Origin: Candidatus Wukongarchaeum yapensis
GTDB lineage: Archaea > Asgardarchaeota > Wukongarchaeia > Wukongarchaeales > Wukongarchaeaceae
Length of the DNA: 22,919 bases
Reading direction: 5' to 3'
Assembly (NCBI GenBank): GCA_016840425.1
Contig: JAEOSI010000010.1
Coordinates: 1-22,919 of the forward strand
Positions 14,701-22,173 of the stretch are shown one piece after another. The first letter of the stretch is position 1. Every line of letters begins with the position of its first letter. Under the pieces are notes generated by a model that did not search any database, had not been told where the DNA came from, and saw only the letters and a program-made list of their open reading frames with translations. Position numbers and translations under genes: made by a program.

Positions 14701-15384
14701 GTGACTATTATGTCAGAAATCATAACTGTAATCGTATTCTTTGCCTCCCTTTTTCTCATATTTCTGCTCGTCTCAACATTCTTTTACGGTCTAGGTAAAA
14801 ACTATAAAATCTTATCAAGCTACATGAAAGAAGTTAAACAAGAGTTAAATAAATACGTTAAAAGCATAGAAATTTTTGAGGAAAAAGCAATTTATGTAAC
14901 CCTTGAATGTAAGCCAAAAAAAGCCTCTTTTATAAAAAATATGAGAGTAACGATAAGCATCCAGCACCGAGGATTCATTTTTACATACGCTATGAAATCA
15001 AAGGATAAGATCCTTTTTGAGATCGATTTTGCCCGTTCGCCAAAAATTGAACTCGAAATAATTCCCCGCAAAGAAACAAGATTTATCCGATCCAACTTCG
15101 ATACCCTGATAAAGTTAGAAGACATCCACACAGGCATCAAAGAGATAGATGAAGATATCCTAATCAAAAGCAATAAACCAGCTGAATGCAAAAAATCAAT
15201 CTTACAAAAAACAATCCTTCAATCACTTTTAGCCGTTAAACCTGCTCTATTTGCCATTTCAATCGAACGCCCTCAACCAATGTTTAGAGGCGTATTCAAA
15301 CTGAATGTGAAAGATCAAAAGCTAGAAAATATAATACGTATACCTTTCTACTTTTCAAAAATATATGAAAAAATGAATGCATAA
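14701..15384 (+). CDS. Single-pass membrane protein with a soluble alpha/beta domain; candidate CCDC47/DUF1682-like
   Basis: N-terminal TM ([24 protein letters not shown]) followed by GLGKNYKI and motif blocks that align by eye with CCDC47. Start is GTG 14701 or ATG 14710. Confidence 0.6.
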   Translation: [227 protein letters not shown]

Positions 15385-15525
15385 ATTCATAACTATATTT
15401 TTCGTTTTTTTGGGAGCAAAAATCAAATAAAATGATATAATGATTATATAATAATAAGATAGTTAAAACAATAATGCAACTTCAACTTCAACGAAAATTG
15501 TCGTTTATTTGGGGGTAATTATGCC

Positions 15526-16086
15526 ATGAGTGAAGGTGATAGTGGTGGACGTAATCCTATAGGGAACGCGTTTATGATCATATTTTTTGCTTTAGGCTTG
15601 ATGCTCTTGTTGAGCGAGTTTTGGGGACCTATAGTTGACACTGATTTAGGCGATATGGGTAGCGTTTTAGGGGCCTATTTCGAGACCCTTAGCGATCCTT
15701 CGAGCAAAGAAGCGGCAGCTGCTTTAGTCATTTGGATTTTTTGTGGATTTGTTGGAGGAGCTCGTGCTAGAGGTATGCGAAGTGGTGCTATCAGCGGTGT
15801 TCTTGCTATGATTTTTGGCATGATCCTAATCCTTGCCTTGAGTTCTCTCGGTGGGACAGATGTAGGAGAAGACCTGGGAGGATTTTCAACCAGTCTTGTC
15901 CTAGGAATATTTGGTATGGGCTTTGTTGGAGCTATCGGTGGAAAACTTGCAGAACCAGTTAAAAGGAAAAAGACAGAGATTAAAACTTGGGCAGCAGAGG
16001 AGCAGTGGATATGCAGAAATTGCGGAGCGGAAATACCTGCAGGTAAATATTCTTGTAATGAATGTGGCGCCCCAGTAGTCGAGTAA
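15526..16086 (+). CDS. Gly-rich multi-pass membrane protein with a C-terminal zinc ribbon
   Basis: About 4 TM segments with GxxxG motifs; C-terminal CRNC-X10-CNEC; SD GGGGGT upstream. Confidence 0.8.
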   Translation: MSEGDSGGRNPIGNAFMIIFFALGLMLLLSEFWGPIVDTDLGDMGSVLGAYFETLSDPSSKEAAAALVIWIFCGFVGGARARGMRSGAISGVLAMIFGMILILALSSLGGTDVGEDLGGFSTSLVLGIFGMGFVGAIGGKLAEPVKRKKTEIKTWAAEEQWICRNCGAEIPAGKYSCNECGAPVVE

Positions 16087-16152
16087 AAAAGTAGTAATCA
16101 AAAAGATGGCGAAAATCTTATCTTAATTCTTTTTAAAATCGGGGAAATTTTT

Positions 16153-16635
16153 TTGGCTCCTCACTGGCTTTTTGGTAAAGAAACATCTTTAGAAGGAATC
16201 TCAGAAGCTGTTTTAGAGTTTATTGAAAAAAAGAGAAACGGAAAAACGATAAAACTAATAAGAATACTTTCAGATACTCCGGATAAAGAAGTTTTGGGAT
16301 ATAGGGGCCTTTTCCGCATTGAAAACGATGAATACGAGGTCTACATACGACACAAGAAAACCGGAAAAACAGAGATGCGCATAAAATCTGGAATCGTCAA
16401 TAAGATTTGTTTGGGAATGGTAATAATTACTGGTATTTTAGCCGGAATAACAGCCCTTATAATCGCCGGACTCCGAACCTTCACCGCTTTAGGAACTTTT
16501 ATTGCAGCCTTTTTACTCTTTGGTCTAATTTTTATATTAAACAAAAATAAGGGCTATGAATTTGAAAAAAGAGAACGCTTAATGCAAGAAATTATAACTT
16601 TTACGGTAAATAAAGTTTCAAGTTATCCGCCTTAA
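16153..16635 (+). CDS. Hypothetical membrane protein (soluble N-domain, two TM helices, C-terminal helix)
   Basis: 160 aa; hydrophobic hairpin at about residues 85-129; TTG start after GGGGA. Confidence 0.65.
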   Translation: MAPHWLFGKETSLEGISEAVLEFIEKKRNGKTIKLIRILSDTPDKEVLGYRGLFRIENDEYEVYIRHKKTGKTEMRIKSGIVNKICLGMVIITGILAGITALIIAGLRTFTALGTFIAAFLLFGLIFILNKNKGYEFEKRERLMQEIITFTVNKVSSYPP

Positions 16636-16653
16636 TTCTTGTTTTTTATTGTT

Positions 16654-18222
16654 TTATGTTTCCGCTAATTCTTCTGCTTTTTTAAACGCTTGGGGAACCT
16701 TCTCTATTACGTCTGTTGCAACTATATGAAAGCCCTTTTCCCCTACCGCTAAATCTCCTGAAAGCCCGCAAATATATGCTGACACACAAGCCGATGAAAA
16801 AGCATCCTTCTCCTGGCTTAGAAACGCGCCTACAATCCCTGTTAAAACATCTCCCGTACCTCCAACAGTCATACCCGGATTCCCAGTTCTATTGATTTTT
16901 ACACGCCCCCCATCAGAGATTATGTCGTAAGGCGCTTTAAATAAGATGGTTGCTTTAATTTGGGCCGCTTTTTCTTTTATAAAAAGCATTCTTTCATTTA
17001 AATTAGAAGGTATGGATTTTTCTCCAACGAGTGTTTTTAATTCTCCCGCATGGGGAGTGACCACTACGCTATCTTTTTTGAATTTTATCTGAAAATCTGC
17101 CACCGCTTTTATAGCATCTGCGTCTATAACCAAAGGAATGTTTTTCTCCTGACATAACTCAATAGCTTCCTTTGCTGCTTTCATACTCTCCTCAAAAGAA
17201 CCAAGACCGGGACCAATGACCACGCTTTTAGCTTTTTCCACCATTTTCAAAAGACTAGGCATTAATACGCCACTTGTTATGATCTCACCTTCTAAAGGCT
17301 GTACAATGATGTTAGGAGAAAAGGACCTAATAGCAGAAGAAACACTTTCAGGGGTCATAATTATTGCAAGATCTGAACCCGTTTTTAAAGCAGCCATTGC
17401 CGACAAAGCTGGCGCTCCGCTAAACATTTTACTTCCCCCAATAATCAATACACGGCCAAAATCTCCCTTATGAGCAATAGGTTTTCTCTCAACAACGTTA
17501 AGCAAGACATCACCAGGGCCAACAAAAAGTTCCGCTTCAGGAGGTATTCCTATACTCACAACCTTAATCTCCCCAACATACTCCTTCGCCTTAAGAAGAC
17601 CTTTTTTTACAGCATGAAAAGTCACAGTAACATCCGCTTTTACCGCAATATCCGAAACCTCCCCCGTATCCGGATCCACCCCTGTTGGAACATCTACACT
17701 TACAATAAACGCATTAGAAACATGATCCAAAATCGCCTTAACGGCAGAAAAATAAGGCTCCCGAAGTGCCCCCCTGACCCCTGTACCTAAAAGCGAATCT
17801 ATTATAAAATCTGCAGACCCTAGTAGGCCCTTTAAACCTTGAACCTGTGAAGAATCCGTAATTTTTAAAATTCTAACAGAATTTTCCATCTCCTTCAAAA
17901 TTTGAAAGTTTCTAGAGGCCTCTTTTGTCCGTATACTAGAAGGCTTACCCAAAAGTACAACCGTGATTTCACAATCATTACACCACGTTAGATACCGTGC
18001 AGCAACAATCCCGTCCCCCCCATTATTACCTAAACCCGCAAAAACCATTATCGAAAAAACCTTTTTTTCACCACGATTATTCTTTATTTTCCCAACTATA
18101 AAATCTGCCAAACCCCTCCCTGCATTCTCCATAAGGAAATCACGCTTAACACCGAGGGCGTGAGCATTTAATTCCAAAATTCTCATATTTTTCACACTAA
18201 TGTTCCTCTCGGTTTCCAACAA
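16654..18222 (-). CDS. nnr: Bifunctional NAD(P)H-hydrate epimerase/dehydratase (YjeF, NnrE-NnrD)
   Basis: NnrE part: GLGNNGGDG, DSLLGTG, VDVPTG. NnrD part: HKGDFGRVLIIGGS, VIGPGLG, VIDADA, TPHAGE, GGTGDVLTG. Confidence 0.95.
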   Translation of the reverse strand: MLETERNISVKNMRILELNAHALGVKRDFLMENAGRGLADFIVGKIKNNRGEKKVFSIMVFAGLGNNGGDGIVAARYLTWCNDCEITVVLLGKPSSIRTKEASRNFQILKEMENSVRILKITDSSQVQGLKGLLGSADFIIDSLLGTGVRGALREPYFSAVKAILDHVSNAFIVSVDVPTGVDPDTGEVSDIAVKADVTVTFHAVKKGLLKAKEYVGEIKVVSIGIPPEAELFVGPGDVLLNVVERKPIAHKGDFGRVLIIGGSKMFSGAPALSAMAALKTGSDLAIIMTPESVSSAIRSFSPNIIVQPLEGEIITSGVLMPSLLKMVEKAKSVVIGPGLGSFEESMKAAKEAIELCQEKNIPLVIDADAIKAVADFQIKFKKDSVVVTPHAGELKTLVGEKSIPSNLNERMLFIKEKAAQIKATILFKAPYDIISDGGRVKINRTGNPGMTVGGTGDVLTGIVGAFLSQEKDAFSSACVSAYICGLSGDLAVGEKGFHIVATDVIEKVPQAFKKAEELAET

Positions 18223-18278
18223 AAAAACTCTCCTAAAAGATTTAACGGGGGCAATAACAAAATAAGATTAAGATAAAA

Positions 18279-18315
18279 AGGGTCGCGGACCAAAAAGGCC
18301 CTGGAAAAAGACCCT
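18279..18315 (-). terminator. GC-rich nested stem-loop followed by a U-tract (terminator-like)
   Basis: Minus strand AGGGTC-TTTTTCCA-GGGCC-TTTTT-GGTCC-GC-GACCCT-TTTT, 18 nt downstream of the 18333 stop. Confidence 0.4.
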
Positions 18316-18332
18316 AATTTTCACCTTTTTTA

Positions 18333-18923
18333 TCAAACTTTTTCGAAGGCTTTTGAAACTTTTTGCTTTTTGCTCAAAGACTTTACTAATAAGTTTAGCT
18401 CTTGGGTAGTGTTTGAAACTTGGGTTTGAAAGTTTGAAAAACACTTAATAACATCGTTTAATTTCTCTTTTCCAGTCTCTAAAGCTTCTTGCGAATTTTC
18501 ACCTAACTTAGAGTTTTGTATAAAGTAGTTAGCAGCCTTTGAAAAATCTCTTGCCAAAGTAAGAAGTTCTCCTAAAATCTCTCGTTCCGCGTTTAAATCT
18601 TCTAACACTGAATCTAAAATTTCCGGGGGAGGAGGTATCTCAAGCCCTTCAATATCATTAACCAATTCACGAAAACCATCTATGCTTTCAAGAAAGTTAT
18701 AGATCATTTCCTCAATCTCACTAACGTTTCTTAGAACTTCTGATTGAACGCTTTCAGCTTCTTTAAAATCGCTGATCTGCTCTAAACTCAAAGAAATACT
18801 TTTCAAACTTCCCTTTATCTTTTCAGCAAGGACAGTAACATTATCCATATAAGGTTCCCTGTTCTTTTTTAACCTCTCTAACTGCCTGAAAACTACGGTA
18901 TGAAACGTCTGATGCTTCCTCAA
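18333..18923 (-). CDS. Hypothetical all-helical/coiled-coil protein
   Basis: 196 aa with long amphipathic helices split by IPPPPE; TTG start with a strong SD (GGAGGT). Confidence 0.7.
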   Translation of the reverse strand: MRKHQTFHTVVFRQLERLKKNREPYMDNVTVLAEKIKGSLKSISLSLEQISDFKEAESVQSEVLRNVSEIEEMIYNFLESIDGFRELVNDIEGLEIPPPPEILDSVLEDLNAEREILGELLTLARDFSKAANYFIQNSKLGENSQEALETGKEKLNDVIKCFSNFQTQVSNTTQELNLLVKSLSKKQKVSKAFEKV

Positions 18924-19007
18924 AAAGCTTCTACCTCCTTACAACCTATCAAACACTTTTCAATTTAGACAAATATCAAATAAAGTGATTACCTTTTAAC
19001 TTTTCGT

Positions 19008-20075
19008 TCAATAATTCTTAACCACAGTACCACAAAACGGACATGCTACCCAATCTGGATCCAAATCTTTTCCACACTTTTTGCAAACATTAAGAGGACT
19101 AGCACAAAAAGGACAAAAAACAAATTCCGAGCTTACGCTTTTACCACAATTTTTGCAAAGCTTCTCCTTATTCGAATCAACAGTAGGAGAAAATGGAAAA
19201 TCAATTAAAGCTTTTTCACCAACATTACCACGATCTTTCTTTCTTCCAAGACCATAACTTTCAGTTAAAGCCATAGATCCACGCTCAGAACTTTCTACCA
19301 GAGGCTTTTCTCTCGAAGCCAAGGGTCTTAATCCTTTCTTGTCTTTTTCCAAACTTCTAAACCTCTCCTCAGGGAGAACATCAGAAAGTAAATCTACAGA
19401 AGGTTTAGGAGGTTCTGGTTCTCTCGAAGCCAAGGATTTTAATTCCTTCTTTCCTTCTTTCAAATCCCTAAAATCCCTCTCCTCAGGGAGAACATCAGAA
19501 AGTAAATCTACAGAAGGTAAATCTAAAGAAGGTTTAGGAATTTCCGGAATAGTAGTAGGCAGAGGGCGTTCAATTTTTTTGGGTTGTTCTTCCTTAGAAA
19601 CCTCCGGAGTAGTGGGCAGGACAGGTTCTGGAGTAGTGGGCAGGACAGGTTCTGGAGTAGTAGTAGGCAGAGGGCGTTCAATTTTTTTGGGTTGTTCTTC
19701 CTTAGAAACCTCTGGAATAGTGGGCAGGACAGGTTCTGGAATAGTAGTAGGCAGAGGGCGTTCAATTTTTTTGGGTTGTTCTTTCTTAGGAAATTCTGGA
19801 ACAGTAGGCACAGATCCTACAACTTTTGGAACAGAAGAACCTCTTTTTAAAATTTTAACCCTACGCTTAAGCCTTAAAAAATCCTCTTCCACCCTAAAAT
19901 CTTTCGGTACTAATTTAAGAAATTCCACCTGAGAATCAGGAACCTCCACCCTTATAACAACACTACTATCCCCTGTCAACGGATTACGCTCTAAATCCGT
20001 TACCACCCCTATGTATTCTCCTTCCAAACTAATAACCCTACGACCAAGAAATGATAAAAACGCCATCAAAACCAC
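19008..20075 (-). CDS. PRC-barrel domain plus Pro/Glu/Thr-rich repeat linker plus C-terminal double zinc ribbon
   Basis: N-terminal FLGRRVISLEGEYIGVVTDLERNPLTG matches the PRC-barrel consensus; four C-terminal CxxC pairs (CKNC, CPFC, CKKC, CPFC). Start is GTG 20075 or ATG 20066. Confidence 0.8.
   Translation of the reverse strand: MVLMAFLSFLGRRVISLEGEYIGVVTDLERNPLTGDSSVVIRVEVPDSQVEFLKLVPKDFRVEEDFLRLKRRVKILKRGSSVPKVVGSVPTVPEFPKKEQPKKIERPLPTTIPEPVLPTIPEVSKEEQPKKIERPLPTTTPEPVLPTTPEPVLPTTPEVSKEEQPKKIERPLPTTIPEIPKPSLDLPSVDLLSDVLPEERDFRDLKEGKKELKSLASREPEPPKPSVDLLSDVLPEERFRSLEKDKKGLRPLASREKPLVESSERGSMALTESYGLGRKKDRGNVGEKALIDFPFSPTVDSNKEKLCKNCGKSVSSEFVFCPFCASPLNVCKKCGKDLDPDWVACPFCGTVVKNY
19308..19539. 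repeat. Intragenic imperfect tandem duplication of about 111-114 nt
   Basis: A 43-nt identical core at 19362-19404 and 19476-19518 encodes PSVDLLSDVLPEER twice; LASRE also occurs twice. Confidence 0.9.
19545..19796. repeat. Intragenic in-frame mosaic array of 60-nt (A) and 24-nt (B) units
   Basis: On the + strand: A 19545-19604, B 19605-19628, B 19629-19652, A 19653-19712, B 19713-19736, A' 19737-19796. A encodes EVSKEEQPKKIERPLPTT(T/I)P; B encodes EPVLPT(T/I)P. Confidence 0.92.
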
Positions 20076-20212
20076 TTCATTAAAAAGAACAAACCCCTAA
20101 CTGATAAATAAACCTAAGTCTATTCTATAAAAAAAACCAAACCCCCATCATTGAAAAAATCAACACCTCTCCATCAAAAAGAAAAAAAACCGTTAATATA
20201 ATATTAGCAAAG

Positions 20213-20665
20213 TTATTTTTCTAATTTTTGCCTAAGTTTCTCATCATTTAAAGCGAGAATTTTCGCAGCTAATAAAGCAGCATTAACACCGTTATCAATG
20301 CCAACACAACCCACCGGCACCCCCTTAGGCATCTGAACCGTTGACAATAAAGCATCCAAACCCCCAAGTTTTGCACTCACAGGCACCCCAATAACCGGCC
20401 TCACAGTCCGCGAAGCAATAAACCCCGGCAGCGCAGCAGAAAGCCCTGCAATCGCGATAAAAACCTTAGCCGACGTTTTAGAAATAAACTCCTCCAACTT
20501 TTCCGGCTCCCGATGAGCACTTAAAACAACTACCTCATAAGAAATACCAAGAACTTCCAACTGCTTTACTACATCACCCACTATTTTTTCATCTGATTTA
20601 GAACCCGAAACCACCGCCACATCAGGCCCTAAACCCTCTTTTTTAACCTCTTCTTTACTTACCAT
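20213..20665 (-). CDS. purE: N5-CAIR mutase / AIR carboxylase
   Basis: [59 protein letters not shown] at 20665 is preferred over the ORF-track start at 20698. Confidence 0.95.
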   Translation of the reverse strand: MVSKEEVKKEGLGPDVAVVSGSKSDEKIVGDVVKQLEVLGISYEVVVLSAHREPEKLEEFISKTSAKVFIAIAGLSAALPGFIASRTVRPVIGVPVSAKLGGLDALLSTVQMPKGVPVGCVGIDNGVNAALLAAKILALNDEKLRQKLEK

Positions 20666-20874
20666 CTCTAAAACCCACATAAAACAATAAAAAAACAATT
20701 AACTAACTAATAAAAAACTAACTAATATCCAACATATTATACTTTTAATTAAAAATAGTAAAACTAATCAATATCCTCTTTAAAACAGCTAAAAACCAAA
20801 TGTAGTGAAAAATCATAGGTTTCTTTTTACTGATTCTCTATAAAATTATCTAACAAAACAGAAAAAATTATGAA

Positions 20875-20908
20875 AAATTTGTTTTTTAATTTCAGAAAAA
20901 ACAAATTT
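20875..20908. promoter_or_regulatory. Perfect 13-bp inverted repeat in the porB-purE intergenic region
   Basis: AAATTTGTTTTTT-AATTTCAG-AAAAAACAAATTT. Confidence 0.45.
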
Positions 20909-21175
20909 CGAAAAAATCCGCATTTTACAGCAGTATAACGCGTTTAAGGCGTCTTTTTTTAAAATCAATTTTTCCATCATAATCATTTACTTTCCAATCA
21001 ATTTCAAAATAAAGGCCGTTTATTCATATTAGAGATTTTCTAAGAGCATCTCTGCCGTTATACATACTTCTGAAATTAACAAGAAGATGAGAGAGAAAAG
21101 CAGTTTTTTCAATACTTATACCTACAATAAAATTAGGAAAAAATCTAATAATATTAAAAAAAAGAGGGGAGAAAT

Positions 21176-22159
21176 TTATTCTTCTTTTACACCACAAAGC
21201 CGTAGAAGTTGTTGCCACTTCCAATCTACCCATTTCTGCATATCGCTAATAACATCGTCACGTCGTGTTGGTTTGAATAAATGTCTGAAACGCCCTTGAG
21301 TCTTTAGAAATTCCTCCACAGGAAGCTTATTTTCCTTCTTGATCATCTTTGTTAACTTGAACTCACCACAGTCAACCTCGTAAAGAGGATACATACAAGT
21401 TTTAACAGCAAGATCCGCAATCCTAATACTCATACTACTATCAGCACGCCACCCCAAAGGACACGGTGCAAAAGCATGAATAAACGAAGCATCATCGGCT
21501 GCTAATGCTTTGCGTACTTTTTTCACAAAATCTTTAGGATAAGCAACATTAACTGTAGCTACGTATTGAACGTCGTGGGCTGCAGCAATCTTTACAATAT
21601 CTTTCGGAAATTCTGGTTTACCGGGAATGACCTTTCCACCAGGACTCGTAGTAGTGGCGGCTCCGTAAGGCGTAGCCCCGCTTCTCTGGATACCTGTGTT
21701 TTCGTACGCGCCGTTGTCATAGACTATATAAAGTATATTGTGCCCTCTCTCCAAAGCCCCACTTAAAGCTTGTATACCAATATCATAAGTTCCACCATCA
21801 CCACTAAAAGCTATCACGTTCGTCTTTCTCTTCGGAATTTTATTTTTCCGCATAAGGGCCTTTAATCCCGCTTCGATTCCACTTGCTACTGCAGCTGCAT
21901 TTTCAAAAGCGCAGTGTACCCACGGTGTTTGCCATGCGGTATAGGGGTAAATGGTTGTACTTACTTCAAGACATCCTGTAGAGCTCACACAAATACTTGG
22001 GTCTTCCGTTGCCATCATTGTAAATTTTACTACAAGGGGGGCTGCACAGCCAGCGCATAAACGATGACCAGCAGCGAGAACAGGTCGTTCTTCAAAAGCC
22101 ATTTCTCGCCATTTGATTGGTTTTTCTTTCTTTTTCTCGGTTATTGTTGTTTCTGTCAT
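21176..22159 (-). CDS. porB: Pyruvate/2-oxoacid:ferredoxin oxidoreductase beta subunit
   Basis: GHRLCAGC, STGCLEV, AFENAAAVASG, TPP-binding GDGGTYDIG...YDNGAYENTG, APCPLGW. Confidence 0.95.
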   Translation of the reverse strand: MTETTITEKKKEKPIKWREMAFEERPVLAAGHRLCAGCAAPLVVKFTMMATEDPSICVSSTGCLEVSTTIYPYTAWQTPWVHCAFENAAAVASGIEAGLKALMRKNKIPKRKTNVIAFSGDGGTYDIGIQALSGALERGHNILYIVYDNGAYENTGIQRSGATPYGAATTTSPGGKVIPGKPEFPKDIVKIAAAHDVQYVATVNVAYPKDFVKKVRKALAADDASFIHAFAPCPLGWRADSSMSIRIADLAVKTCMYPLYEVDCGEFKLTKMIKKENKLPVEEFLKTQGRFRHLFKPTRRDDVISDMQKWVDWKWQQLLRLCGVKEE

Positions 22160-22173
22160 TTAAAACACCTCAC

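Noticed and set aside
18333-18923. Possible ESCRT-III/Snf7 or syntaxin-like identity
   Set aside because: It lacks the basic-N/acidic-C polarity and MIM tail of ESCRT-III, and has no C-terminal TM or SNARE layer pattern.
19339-19932. Long antisense and alternative-frame ORFs (197, 88 and 80 aa) over the repeat region, and the repeats as a possible CRISPR array
   Set aside because: They are shadows of the in-frame repeats. Units are contiguous with no unique spacers and no cas genes are nearby.
20213-20665. PurE 70s loop reads SAALPG instead of AAHLPG
   Set aside because: I recall this variant in other archaeal PurE proteins; all other motifs are intact, so it is not evidence of a new function.
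20925-21065. Possible UGA read-through or selenoprotein ORF on the minus strand (MYNGRDALRKSLI*INGLYFEIDWKVNDYDGKIDFKKRRLKRVILL)
   Set aside because: No SD, no redox-motif context around the TGA, no evident SECIS-like hairpin and no recognisable family; most likely chance or a decayed remnant.
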